DNA of 64,000 nt from Octopus vulgaris (GCA_951406725.2 OX597831.1:51522001-51586000); one strand, 5' to 3'. Shown: positions 12,433 through 25,346, numbered from the stretch's first letter. Program-made: numbers and translations. Notes: a model not told the origin generated them from the letters alone.

Positions 12433-12840
12433 TGATAGATTAATCATAACAATAGACAGATAGCATGATTGTATCGATTGGTAAATCGATAATGAAAAAA
12501 AAAGTGCAATTTAATGGGATAGGCCTTTGTAACAATAAATTTGTTGTTTCAATTATTCATTTTCCTAAATGTTGGCGTCAGTTATCCAGATGCTTGCGAT
12601 GAAAATGCGTATGAAATGTCTTCTGTTGTATGCAATCTCAGATATATATATGCTCTTGTGAAGTCGAGTAGTAAATCAGCCAATATAATAAAGCTTATTG
12701 AAATGTGTTCAATTTGTCTTTGCACTACCATCCACCCCCACCCCAAAGTAGGATCATTCTGCTCTGCAGTTGTAAAAGGATATTCATATCCATGCACACG
12801 CACAGACAAACCGAAATACCGATGCGCGCGCGCGCACTCA

Positions 12841-12879
<39 letters not shown>

Positions 12880-12887
<8 letters not shown>

Positions 12888-13030
12888 GAGTAGCTGTGTG
12901 GTAAGAAGCTTGCTTCCCAACTTCATGGTTTGGGGTTCAGTCCCACTGCGTGGAACGTTGGGTAAGTGTCTTCTACTATAGCCTCGGGCTTGTGAGTGGA
13001 TTTGGTAGACGGAAACTGAAGAAGCCTGTC

Positions 13031-13098
<68 letters not shown>

Positions 13099-13310
13099 TA
13101 TGTATTTGTGTGTCTGTGTTTGTCCCCACCATCGCTTGACAACCGATGTTGGTGTGTTTACGTCCCCATAACTTAGCAGTTCGATAAAAGAGACCTATAG
13201 GATAAGTATTAAGCTTACAAAGAATAAGTCCCGTGGTCGATTTGTCCGACTAAAGGCGGTGCTCCAACATGGCTGCAGTCAAATGACTGAAACAAGTAAA
13301 AGAATAAAAG
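12880..13310 (+). mobile_element. SINE family A
   Basis: Head, body and tail recognisable. Confidence 0.88.
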
Positions 13311-13381
13311 AAAAAAGAGTACACACACAAACACACACACACATATATATATATATACATATGCTCCCTTCCATATCGGCT

Positions 13382-13465
13382 AACTCTGATGAGCGTAAAG
13401 TTATTTAATCGGATTGTTACGTAGCACTCCATTGTAATCCCTGCGCGAAACCGATTGGTAAGATC
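13382..13465 (+). ncRNA. Hammerhead ribozyme motif, canonical core with long stem II
   Basis: CTGATGA GCGTA...TGCGC GAA ACC gatt GGT A; stem I is weak. Confidence 0.6.
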
Positions 13466-13549
13466 AGTGGTGATGGATATATAATACCGTATTTCGGATA
13501 ATATGTATGCATGTATTTATGTATATATATATACATACATACATGCACA

Positions 13550-13589
<40 letters not shown>

Positions 13590-13604
13590 ATCCAAACATG
13601 AAAA

Positions 13605-14285
13605 CACTGTGTGCTGGGAAAACTTTCGAACACCTTAATCTGGGCCACCTACTCGGCCTTCATATTGCAGGAAGAGCGATTGGTGTCTTTTTTCAACCGC
13701 ATCCCTCACATAGTAATCCACAGGATTAAAATCAGGGGAATTAGGGTGCTAGTATTTGGGGCTGGGGAAATCGTCGAAATTCTCCGACAACTACATTTGA
13801 CTTTTTCCGGAGGGATGGTAACGAACCGAACCCTGTTGTCGCACATATGGCCTTTCAACACCAACCCTCTCCAGGCAGGGTTTCATCACAGTCTCCAGTA
13901 GCTTCACATAGCTGTCTGAATTGAATCTAAGGCCCCGTTGAAAGATGTGGTACGGCATGACGTCGCTCTTATTGGAGACACACCCAAAGTCCATCATAGT
14001 TTGGGGTAACTTGCTTTTCATAATGTCAGGTCTTACAGTCTTTATAGTGCTCACAGAACATTGAGCATCAATCATGTTGTTGGCATTTTGATATCCAGTG
14101 CAAATCATCGTAATACAAGTAATTCTCTTCCAATATTCAGATGGCTTCCAGTCTTCCGTGTCAGCCAACTTTTTCTCAACTATAACTTTGACCCTAGCAC
14201 TATTGATTAAGTATTCACCAACACATCAAACTGTTCTTGAAAAAAGGAGACATAAAAATCGTCAAATTTAGTCCGAACACCCTAT
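13605..14285 (-). pseudogene. Tc1/mariner-superfamily (maT/DD37D-like) transposase remnant
   Basis: DVMPYHIFQRGLRFNSDSYVKLLETVMKP...RPYVRQQGS, then NSPDFNPVDYYV. Confidence 0.75.
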
Positions 14286-15356
14286 GTGTGTGTGTGTGTG
14301 TGTGTGTGTTTGTGTGTGTGTGCGTGTTCGTGTGTGTATGTATGTAGTGAATCTTGCAGGTATGAAGTGGATTCGATCCACCATAACCAAATTTAAATTA
14401 ACACTTCAACAGAGCTTTTCCCACGGTGGAACAATGGTTTTTCTCTGACAGCAGTTTTACATTTTCCAGATTGCCTTTAGCTAGGCCGAAATAATGTCTT
14501 CACCACTTGACCCTTATAACCTCTTCTACTTCACCAAAAGCTAGAATAGAGATATCACAGTACCACTAACGAAGCCCATTGTTCTCAACGATACGTCTGT
14601 CCTTCTGGATAGTTATAAAAGCAAGAACCTCAAGCAAAACCAGTTAGTCACTTGGTGACGACTCAACCAGTTAGTCGTGAGTTGAGAGAGAGCTATCATC
14701 AGTTAGTGAACCGACCACTAGAATCATGGAAGCAGGCAGACAAAACGGTCAGAAGGAAAAAGGAAAACAACGTCCCACACTCTCTCACTAGCTCCAATTC
14801 TGTTCTCTTACAACATCATTCTATCTCTCTTTGTAATTACAACTAAACAATGACAAGAACACAAACACAAACTATGCAAGGAAAATCTACACCTATCTTT
14901 ACTTCGCATGCTTTTGGATTTCATCACCTGCTCGACGAGGTAAGGTATTGTATAATGTAACCGTAAAAATAAATATTTCCTTCAAACTTCATGCATTGTT
15001 CATCTTTCACATCTACAACATGCCGTCACAATTAAATTTCAACCGATACAAAAATAAATTCCATCGTTACATATATATATGAGAGAGATATATACAGGAT
15101 TCGAGCGATTCTCTGTAGATGCTTACTGGCCATTTTACCGTCTTCTAAAGGGTATTTACCCAATTTTCTAAGCTGTTTTTACATCCAGTATACATTCAAG
15201 AATTCCTTATTTTCTGTAGAATATATAGAATATATATATATATTTATTTATTTATTTATTTATTTATTTATATAGGAGATGTACTTGCGTAGCAAGTGAC
15301 CTGATCTGAGATCGTGTGCTGGAACGAAAACAGTTGCAGCGTGGAAGCACAGAATT

Positions 15357-15405
15357 TTATCAGTGAACATGTCGCTGTCTCAAAGCGACGAAAATATTTT
15401 GACAA
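15357..15405 (+). ncRNA. Hammerhead ribozyme motif, G3-C8 variant
   Basis: TTATCA GTGAACA T GTCGCT gtctcaa AGCGAC GAA AATATT T TGACAA. Confidence 0.6.
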
Positions 15406-15481
15406 ATTAAATTTAAATGTTGAAGTGAATCTAACGGTTTTTGTGTGTTTCTTAAATGGCTTATAAACACCTTCCACGCTG

Positions 15482-15544
<63 letters not shown>

Positions 15545-15599
15545 CCTTTGGACCAAATTTGATGCAAACAATAAATAAAAAAATACTGTTCTTCATTAT

Positions 15600-16230
15600 C
15601 TGAAACAGACATTTGCATTTTGTTTAGTTAAGGATCTCGTTACAGGCATGCAATAAATCTTGAATATTATCTGAATCATCTTGAAATCCCATTGCCTGCA
15701 CCATTTGTTCAAGGCTATCGTTTATTGCGACTGCTTTATCCTACACCCTATGACGCTATGTTTTTAATTTATTTTTTTTATTTTTGTACATTTGGGCGTA
15801 GTTCTTTCCAAATCATAACGACACCTATATTTAACTTTTTCCCATGCATCTGTATTACTTTTTTTTAATAGTTGCGTAATGTAATTTTCCTAGCCAATGA
15901 GGGTTATCCGAGGCAACGTTATTGCTAGTTGAAAATTATTATTATTATCATTATTATTATTAGTAGTAGTAGTAGTATTTTTTGATGAACTGGTGTTTAT
16001 CATCAGTTGCTGTAATCAACTGACTTAAAATTTCTTCGCAGATAATATGGTTTGAAAACGGAAATAACTCCTTGATCTATAGTCTGTAGTAGTGAAGTTA
16101 CGTTCAGTCGAACGAGCAACACGTATGCACGTTTGAAGTGAATCAAAATTTGAAGGATGTCTAGGAGCGTCGTGTAAAAGCAGAAGTGCCTTGGACTTAA
16201 AATTATTCTTATCACAGCAATGTTTAAAGC
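15600..16230 (-). pseudogene. pogo/Tigger-like DDE transposase remnant
   Basis: NVTSLLQTIDQGVISVFKPYYLRR resembles the motif NTTSLLQPLDQGVI..FK.YY. Confidence 0.7.
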
Positions 16231-16289
16231 AAGGCAGAAATAGTCAAAGACCTATATAGCAAACAATCATGTGTGTGTGTATGTGTGTG

Positions 16290-16530
16290 TGTGTATCTGT
16301 GTGTTTGCGTCTGTTTTTGTCCTCTACCACCACTTGACAACCGGTATTGTTGTGTTTATGTGCACGTAACTTAGCGGTTCGGCAAAACAAACCGACAGAA
16401 CAAGTAGAAGGCTTGAAAGAAAAATTATAAATATGCACTGGGGTAGATTCGTTCGACTAAAATTCTTCAAGGTGGTGCCCCCAGCATGGCCGCAATCTAA
16501 TGATAGAAACAAGTAAAAGATAAAAGATAA
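16290..16530 (+). mobile_element. SINE family A, 3' half
   Basis: Matches the family tail. Confidence 0.8.
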
Positions 16531-17115
16531 AAAAATTATTGACATCAGTCTTTACTTGTCGCAGAATGTAGTTTGAATGAGAAACTGTAACTAAAGATTA
16601 AGATTATTAATCCTACAAAGAGGTAAAAGAAGAGAGACAGCATAGCGAAAGTTTTGGCTGACTGTCATCCTGTACTCCCCTTGTTGCTAGCGAAATCGTA
16701 TATGCCGGTTGTGTGAGCAACTGGTTGATTTAATAGCGGAACAAGGGGGGTCCATTGGAAAACGTTTTAATCGATTTTCTCGGTAACTATGGGGGCTAGG
16801 AAAAGATACAAACCGCATTCCAATCTATGCACATGTGTGCCATTTTTCAAGCGAATCCACCCAGCCGTTTGGCTGTGAACCTCAAGACAAGAAAGAATAC
16901 AACGAACGCCCATGTCCAATTTATATTATAGATGTATACATGCATATATGGGTAGAGGACGTCACCAACGGTGCAAATAACATGAAATACGTAAACAACG
17001 AGAAGAAATGGAAAGCAGGACAGTAAACACAGAGAAAGGACCCTTCATCAGTTGTCAGCTGTCTATCTACTCCTCATTTCGAGCATGTGTATTATATATA
17101 TATATATATATATAT

Positions 17116-17304
17116 ATAACATAAGGGACTAAAGCCATCTGAATATGGCTAGGGACAGGGCAGGGTGGTGGGGGTGTTACTGTTGCATTTAGCCCCAGGC
17201 GAACATCGACGTCACCAGAAAGGCTCGACACCGTCACGGTGTCCTTAACCTCCACCCTGCCCTGTCCCTAGCCATATTCAGATGGCTTTAGTCCCTTATG
17301 TTAT
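17116..17304. repeat. Perfect 53-bp inverted repeat with 83-bp spacer
   Basis: 17116-17168 is the reverse complement of 17252-17304; abuts (TA)n. Confidence 0.95.
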
Positions 17305-17460
17305 CGAGCAGTTACTGTCTATATCTCTTTTAGAGAATTATTATTGCTATATATATATATAGTAAATTCAAAACAAGAACAAACCCAAAATAGCCACAAC
17401 AACGCGAGGATGTGGTACATGAAAAGTGTTAGCAGACGCTCATGGAAGGAAAGAAGGTTG

Positions 17461-17495
17461 GTTTGACGTTTCGAGCAACGCTCTTCTTCAGAAAC
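17461..17495 (-). ncRNA. Minimal type I hammerhead ribozyme motif
   Basis: Minus strand GTTT CTGAAGA A GAGC gtt GCTC GAAAC GTC AAAC, inside element 17360-17560. Confidence 0.72.
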
Positions 17496-17571
17496 AGAGG
17501 AAAATCCAATAGAAAGGAAGACGGAGGAAGAAAATCGCCAATGATTGACATGTGGTTACATTTTTAAATGT

Positions 17572-17807
17572 ATTTCTTTACTACCCACAAGGGGCTAAAC
17601 ACAGAGGGGAGGACAAACAAGGACAGACAAACGGATCAAGTCGATTACATCGACCCCAGTGCGTAACTAGTACTTAATTTATCGACCCCGAAAGGATGAA
17701 AGGCAAAGTCGACCTCGGCGGAATTTGAACTCAGAACGTAACGGCAGACGAAATACGGCTATGCATTTCGCCTGGTGTGCTAACGTTTCTGCCAGCTTGC
17801 CGCCTTC
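17572..17807 (-). mobile_element. SINE family B, full length
   Basis: Complete head to tail; catttttaaatg on both flanks (likely TSD). Confidence 0.9.
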
Positions 17808-18000
17808 AGCCAGCTGCATTTTTAAATGACCGAAAGGGAATGGGTGAAGAAAAAGTTCATTCTAAGACAGGAGAGTGTAAGAGAAGGAGGTATGTGTGTG
17901 TATGTGTGGGTATTTGCGAGCGAGCAAGTCTGTGTGTGTGTATGTGTGTAATAGCAAGTGTGTGCGTATGTGTCTGTGATTTTGGCTGTTTATATGTGTA

Positions 18001-18369
18001 CTAGCAGTATCGCCCGGCGTTGCTCGGGTTTGTAAGGGAAATAACTATAAAGCATTTTTAGAGAGTTATAGCCAAAAAATGGAAAAAAATTATGGTAAAT
18101 TTTTTTTTTAGTTAAAAAGGTCGAGTTGCGTCCCCTAGACAGTCTGTGGTTTGTGTTTCTGATTCTCGACCCCATGTCGAATTTATCGATTTTTTTCAGA
18201 ACTGGGGGAACTTTTCAAAATTTTCGCTGCGTTAGTTTTGAATTATGATATTGGGCTATGTGTGTGTCAAGTTTCATCAGAATCGGTTGAAAGCCGTGGT
18301 CAGGGTGAGGGTACAACCTGACAGACACAGAAACACACACAGACAAACTACCGTTTATATATAGAGAGA
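18001..18369 (-). mobile_element. Non-autonomous Helitron
   Basis: Same hairpin/CTAG 3' end and TC 5' end, inserted at A|T. Confidence 0.85.
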
Positions 18370-18499
18370 TGTGTGAGTGAACATTATGTTGCTTAATGTT
18401 ATAGGAAGAATTCAGTAGCAAGGCAGCAAGAGTGGTGGTCTTTTTGTGTAGTTGTGTGTCTCTTCACATGTGCGTAGAGGAATGGTCAATAGAAAGGTG

Positions 18500-19000
18500 T
18501 TTGACCGGCAGTTTGAAGTATGTACGTGCGTGTGTATGTACGTGTGTCCGTGTATGTATATGTTGTGCGCGTGTTTTGTGTGTAGTGTGTGCATGTTTCT
18601 CTGTGCGCGCGTGTGTGTGGGTGTATGTATGTGTGAATGTGCGTGTGTGTGGGTGTATGTATGTGTGGGATTGTGTGTGTGGAGTATGTGTGCGTGTATG
18701 TATATACCCATGTATGTGTAATTGCATGCGAGTACGTATGAGTGTGTGTTGTGTGTGTCTGTGTGCGTGTAGTTGTGTGTACGTGTGTGTGTGTGTGTGC
18801 GTGCGTATGGTTGTGTGTGTTAGATATATGTGCATTCTTGTGTGCGTGCGTGTGTGTGCATGTGCGTGTGTGTATATGTGTGGGGGGATTGTGTGTGTGG
18901 AGTATATGTACATCCCTATTTGTGCGTGCGTGTATGTATGAGTGTGTGTTGTGTATGTGGGAGGTATGTGTGCGTATGTGTGTGTGTGTGTGTGTATACA
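18500..19000. repeat. Degenerate (TG)n low-complexity tract
   Basis: Read directly; source of the CV/HT-repeat ORFs. Confidence 0.92.
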
Positions 19001-19620
19001 CATAACTACAGATGTGTACTCCAACGACTTTGCTACCTCATAACTTCCAGAGAAATGGATACCTTTTAACGAAATTTTCAACAAATATCGCTTAGATGCT
19101 GTGGAATCAGAGTATATAGGAAATTATGGGAAAGAAGTTTCCCAAGGGAGTGAGGAGAGGGGTTTCAGAAAATTCACACGATCCAACTTTTTTTCCCTCG
19201 TAACTTTCGGGCAAAATGGGCATCTTCTAATGAAATTTTATACAAATACCTTTCTAACGGAAAATACCTTTCTAAAGAAATTGCTGGGAGAAATTTTTCC
19301 GACGGGATGGTGAGAGGAGTTTTGAAAAAACGGAGTTTCGGATCAGGAAGACCAAATAAGTTAGAACTACTCCGTTTTCACGGGAATTTTTCCTATTATT
19401 AAAAATTTCACCATAGCCTTCGAAATGATGGGGGACATCTTTTCATGAAAAAAGAGTTTGGAAATTTTTTTACTCCCGCCCGCTCCCCATCATTCCTCAC
19501 CATCCGACACCGGACCGATTTTGCCAATTTTTTTTAAAACTTAAAGACCATGGGAGGAGCCTTTTCGGCAAAAAAAAAAATGTCAATATTCTGAGGAAAA
19601 TACAGACACACACGCACATT
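19000..19620. mobile_element. Non-autonomous DNA element related to 23411-24160
   Basis: Shares the cataactaca terminus and gagg(a/g)gtttcagaaaattca internal subrepeats. Confidence 0.55.
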
Positions 19621-19719
19621 TTGTGTGTGTGTATGTGTTTGTTGATCGGCGCATTTTTTAGGAATATGTTAAGAATTAAGAAACGGAAGTTCTTTAGTTT
19701 TCTCTTTGCCGTGTTTACT

Positions 19720-20140
19720 TCCTAACCACATGGTTTCGGGTTCTGTCCCACTGCGTGGCACCTTCATTAAGTACTAGAATAAGTGCTGGGGTCGATTTGT
19801 CCGACGAAAGGCAGTGCTCCAACATGGCCGCAGTCAAATGATGGAAAAAGTAAAAGAATAAAAGAAAGAAAGAATACATACATACATAGATGTATGTATG
19901 TATGTATGTATTTATGTGTGTTTAAGTGTATATGTGGTGTGTTTATTTTTGTAACCCCACCATTGCTTGACAACCAATGTCGATGTGTTTACATCCCCGT
20001 AACTTAGCGGTTCGGCACGAGACCGATAGAGTAAGTACTAGGCTTACAAAGAATAAGTCTTGGGGTCGATTTCTTCGATTAAAAGACCCCTTACGGCGGT
20101 GCTCCAGCATGACCGCAGTCAAATGACTGAAACATGTAAA
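19720..20140 (+). mobile_element. Rearranged or tandem SINE family A fragments
   Basis: Two tail segments after a partial head. Confidence 0.75.
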
Positions 20141-20225
20141 GTATGTATAGTATAGTATGTATAATACATCTGACGTACGTTTATTTACAGAAATGCATGT
20201 TATTACTATAATCCTTTATATAACA

Positions 20226-20738
20226 CTAGCAGTATCGCCCGGCGTTGCTCGGGTTTGTAAGGGAAATAACTATATAAGCATTTTTAGAGAGTTACTTCCC
20301 TTATAGATGCCAATTCGGGCTTTCTTAGCCATTTCTGTTTTGGTGTCTTCAAGTCATGAAGTCGTTATTCTAAAAGAACGCTGGTCTCCTTGACAACGCT
20401 TTACGACGTTGATTTCCTTACACTCCCTTCCCCACAGCTTCACGAGGGAGGGAAGAAGGGAGAGAAGCAAACAGGTGCAGGTGTGACCATGGACGCCAAC
20501 TCCGCCGCCATCGACACACGAAAAATTAATCATTAAAATGGAATAAAAAATGATGTTAAATTATTTTTAAAATCGTAGACTCATCGTAGACGCGCGCTAA
20601 TAGCCAGACGGGCTCGATATTAATCACGACTATAAGATACCCGAATTTGGTTAAACTGCACCGCAAAATGTGGGAGGAGTTAGGAATCTAAATCGAAGGG
20701 GACAAACACTCACACAACTACAGTTTTATATATATAGA
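20226..20738 (-). mobile_element. Non-autonomous Helitron
   Basis: Same termini; interior partly shared with 37796-38098. Confidence 0.87.
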
Positions 20739-20785
20739 TTTTCTTTTTTTTGTAATTCTGTGAGAAGTTATCATTGATGTCAACG

Positions 20786-21194
20786 TCTCTTTTACTCTTT
20801 TGCTGGTTTCAGTCATTTGACTGTGGTCATGCTGGAGCACCGCCTTTAGTCAAGCAAATCGACCCCAGGACTTATTCTTTTGTAAGCCTAGTACTTATTC
20901 TATCGGTCTCTTTTTGCCGAACCGCTAAGTTACGGGGACGTAAACACACCACCATCGGTTGTCAAGCGATGTTGGGAGGGGATGTGCAGACACAGACATA
21001 CAAACACATATATATATATATACATATATACGACGGGCTTCTTTCAGTTTCCGTCTACCAAATCCACTCACAAGGCTTTGGTCAGCCCCAGGCTATAGTA
21101 GAAGACACTTGCCCAAGGTGCCACGCAGTGGGACTGAACCCGGAACCATGTGATTGGTAGGCAAGCTACATACCACAGAGCCACTCCTACGCCT
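20786..21194 (-). mobile_element. SINE family A
   Basis: Near-consensus copy. Confidence 0.9.
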
Positions 21195-21620
21195 ACGTCT
21201 GTATATAATGACAACTTTTAAATTGGCTATGATGAAATGGAAGTTAACAAAAACGTAATCGAAACTGACGATAATGAAATTGAATCAGAGATTACGAATT
21301 TGAGATTAACGTTGAAGTTGAGGTTGATAATGGCAAATTTAAGAAGGAAACTATACATATATAAATATGTATGTGTGTGTGGGGGGGGGGGCGCACATAG
21401 GGAGGAAGGTTTAATTGGTAAGTGGGGCACAATGAGTAATATCTGATTTTTTTATTTTTTTAAATTTTTTATTTGTCATTTTTTTCTCTGCCTGTTTCAA
21501 GTTATTACATTACAGGTACTGCATCATCATTTTGAGTTGTTGCATCATTTTGGGGAGTAAAATTTGGTCAGCATCGTTGGTCTTGTTATTGTTGAAGTTG
21601 AGAGAGAGTACCTGTTAGGT

Positions 21621-21973
21621 ACTCTTTACTCTTTTACTTGTTTCAGTCATTTGACTGCGGCCATGCTGGAGCACCGCCTTTAGTCGAGCAAATCGACCCC
21701 GGGACTTATTCTTTGTAAGGCCAGTACTTATTCTATCGGTCTCTTTTGCCGAACCGCTAAGTGACGGGGACGTAAACACACCAGCATCGGTTGTCAAGCA
21801 ATGCTAGGGGGACAAACACACACAAACACATATATATATACATATATACGACAGGCTTCTTTCAGTTTCCGTCTACCAAATCCACTCACAAGGCATTTGT
21901 CGCCCCGGGGCTATAGCAGAAGACACTTGCCCAAGATGCCACGCAGTGGGACTGAACCCGGAACCATGTGGTT
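21621..21973 (-). mobile_element. SINE family A, 5'-truncated
   Basis: Near-consensus but lacks the A-box end. Confidence 0.88.
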
Positions 21974-22766
21974 GTTTTTTTTTGTTTCAAGAAAATTTTT
22001 CTCAGCTTTGATTGTAATTGAGATTGCTAATAAAATATGTGGATAATTTTTGGTGTTTAACAATCAATATTTTTTTCTCTGTTGGATTCCAAGTCAATTT
22101 TTTTCCCATACTAATGTCTAATTTGATAATTTTCAATTTTCAAAAACTGATGTCTAAATTGAGGTAAAATGAATAATGACCAATTTCAATAATTTCTTCT
22201 CAGTAACTGCATGGCGCATCAGTATATATCAGGAGGAGAGCCACTTTAGCAGATTATGAAGAAGCTATAGAGAATATTTTAAGTTTTTAGATCTAGACGA
22301 ATTTCGTTAAATTCATATAATGTGCCATTTTCCATGATCCTCTTTCATTTGATTTGGCTCAGATATTTAAAATTTCTGTTGCATTTCTGATCTTTCTCAT
22401 GTCAACGGATGGATATTGATGTGTATGAGTCTTTTTCCAAGCGAAATTCTGGAGAATTGAAGAGGCAGAATTTACTTTATCGTATCTTAATTATTTTGTT
22501 CCATCTAAACTTGCCTTTTATATACTCAAAGAGAACGGAGATAATTTTCTGAAATAGCGATTTGAATATGTTATAGTATTTTCAATGAATTTAGAAAAGG
22601 TCACTTGCTTAGCTAGTATAGTTTTTGTAAGACAGTAAACGGTTATTAAAAAAGGTTTCTTTTTTCTCCAAGTCGAAAATGCAGTAAATATTACTGTGTG
22701 CCACACCCCTATATTCATGTATATATGTAAATATACACGACGTATCTATCTATCGATCTATCTGTA

Positions 22767-22801
<35 letters not shown>

Positions 22802-23033
22802 TTATCCATCTTGTGTATGTATGTATATACATGCGTGCACGCGCACACACAGAGTTTGATGAATTGTTTCAAAGTTTGATAAGTGCCAATGAAGATAATC
22901 TCTCGGTCCTTCAGTCACTTTTTAACTATTGCCGATTAAATAATATATATATATATTTACATGCGGTTAAACATGTCTAGTTAGAGAGTAACCAATGGTT
23001 TCGCATCCATAAAGCACTAAGCTTTAAAGACGG

Positions 23034-23078
<45 letters not shown>

Positions 23079-23082
23079 AATA

Positions 23083-23289
23083 TATATATTACATACATAT
23101 ATGAGGGATGACCACTAAGTAGGCATCCATTATGCTAGAGGTAGACCTCATATGGTCAGACCACTAAGAATAGATTGTTCTCAAGAAAAAATCTTGAGAA
23201 CAATCTAGTGGTCAGACCATATGGGGTCTACCTCTAGCATAATGGATGTCCACTTAGTGGTCATCGCACTTATATGTATGTAATATAAT
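23083..23289. repeat. Fold-back hairpin, ~100-bp arms with a 5-nt loop
   Basis: ...tagattgttctcaaga aaaaa tcttgagaacaatcta...; arms extend through gaccactaagt/acttagtggtc into the TA flank. Confidence 0.9.
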
Positions 23290-23410
23290 TTTTCTGAATC
23301 TTCAGATTTTTCAGTATGCTAGACCACTAGTTTTAAATTGATATCAATCAAATTAATATTCAATTTTTCACCCTTATTATTTAAATATATATATATATAT
23401 ATACTATAGG

Positions 23411-24160
23411 TATACCTACACAAGTGCGCCGCCCCCCACTCAACTTTGTTTCCGCTTAACTTTCAGAAAATGGATGTCTTTTTAAAGAGATTTCCTACAA
23501 AATATACTTCAGATGCTGTGAATTCTGATTAAATATTGTGAAAACTTTTTTTTTCCGGAGGTGGGGAGAGGAGTTTCAGAAAATTCATACGAGTCGGCTT
23601 TGTTTCCGCATGACTTTCAGAAAATGCGTATTTTCAATGAAATTTTTAAAGAATATCTTTCAAAGTTTGTAGATTACGATAATATCGGAATGTAATGTGA
23701 AGAAGAAAAAAAAAACGAAAAATTGTGGGTATGCACGCGTTACATACTGACACGCACCATATGTATATCTTCAAAATGAAACTAGAAATTTCGAAAAAAA
23801 ATTGCGATGTGTCAGAATATAAGTGTGTGTGCTCACCATTTTGGTTTCTTCAGATTAAATCTCGATACAGTCGTAATCTACACTATCTGAAGGGTATTTG
23901 TATAAAACTTAATTAGAAAATAACCAGTTTTTTTCTTTCTGAAAGTTATGAGGAACTAAGCCAACTTGTGTGAATTTTCAGAAACTCCTCTCCCCATGCC
24001 CGGAAAAACTTTTTCACAACAATTTCCAATACTAATATAATAGTATTAGTACACCATCTGAAGCGGATTTGGGGGGAAAAAATTCCATTAAAAAAAAAAC
24101 AAAACATTTTCTGAAAGTTATGAGGAAATAAAACCGGGAGGGTACACTTGTGTAGTTATG
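23411..24160. mobile_element. Non-autonomous DNA transposon with long imperfect inverted arms
   Basis: ctacacaagtg...cacttgtgtag termini; inverted subrepeats actttcagaaaatg / ttctgaaagtta. Confidence 0.7.
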
Positions 24161-24296
<136 letters not shown>

Positions 24297-24633
24297 CTTA
24301 TACAAATGCACAATATAAACACGTATATTCACAAAAAGTTATTAATGGCTTCGGAGTTTCTGTCTGCATTTTGTATGGGTTAACAGTGCACATGTTTGCA
24401 ATCGTGACATTCACTACCTAATAGCTGATGATAAAATTCATCGTAATTCAAAGAATCTCTACTATTTTTACCGAAATTTTCACAAACTTTTTATATAAAT
24501 CGAAACTTTCCTAAACCGTAATTGCTATCTTGTTATTTTTCTTATTGATTGTTAAGATTGTTCACCCCATCTCGAATAAATTTATGATCGAATATGGTAA
24601 ATCAGGACGACTCTTCCCGTTAATCAGATACAT

Positions 24634-24830
24634 ATTTCTTTACAACCCACAAGGACAGATAAATGGATTAAGTCGATTATATCGACCCCAGTGCGTAATT
24701 GGTACTTATTTAATCGACCCCGAAAGGATGAAAGGCAAAGTCAACCTCGGCGGAATTTGAACTCAGAACGTAGTGGCAGACGATATACCGCTAAGTATTT
24801 CGCCCGGCGTGCTAACGATTATTCTAGCTC
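24634..24830 (-). mobile_element. SINE family B
   Basis: Matches the copy at 17572. Confidence 0.85.
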
Positions 24831-25346
24831 ATTATAGTTAATCAGATACAGTGTTATTAGGAACTATATTTAATGCGATCGTCTTTTTTTAAGATCCTAG
24901 TATTTGATCTGAAAGAAGATAGGCTGTTATTTCTAACAGTTAAAATTTTTTCTCGTAGGCACGTTTATTGAAAGTGTTCGTTGCAAGCGTCATAGAAGTA
25001 AATTTAAGGCTGGACATAATTATATATGTACTTTCTTTGATTTAATCACAATTTACAAAAGTAAACAATATTGAAGCTATACTTAGTGAGTGGAATTTGT
25101 TAGATGTACAGAGGTTAGCCGCGTGCGTGCGTGTGTGTGAAAATAAATACATATAATTAAAATTTAAAAAAAGGCAGACACACTCCCTCAATTATACATA
25201 GCACCAGGATAAAATGGTATTTCCCTGTAAAAATATTCGAGGCAGCTGTTTATTACTTAGGCAGAAGTGCTTTAACAGCCAGACACCTACACGAATATCA
25301 TCTGATACTTCGGCGAGAGGGAACGTCAGCAATGACAAAAAAAAAT

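Noticed and set aside
17169-17251. Twister- or HDV-like ribozyme in the fold-back spacer (GGTGTCGAGCC, GGCTAAATGCA)
   Set aside because: I could not build the required pseudoknots by eye; it looks more like a retroposon 3' tail.
18412-19084. Long Cys/Val and His/Thr ORFs up to 206 aa
   Set aside because: Translations of a degenerate (TG)n tract, open in several frames.
21975-22690. Possible LINE remnant on the minus strand
   Set aside because: Composition is suggestive, but no diagnostic motif could be read with confidence.
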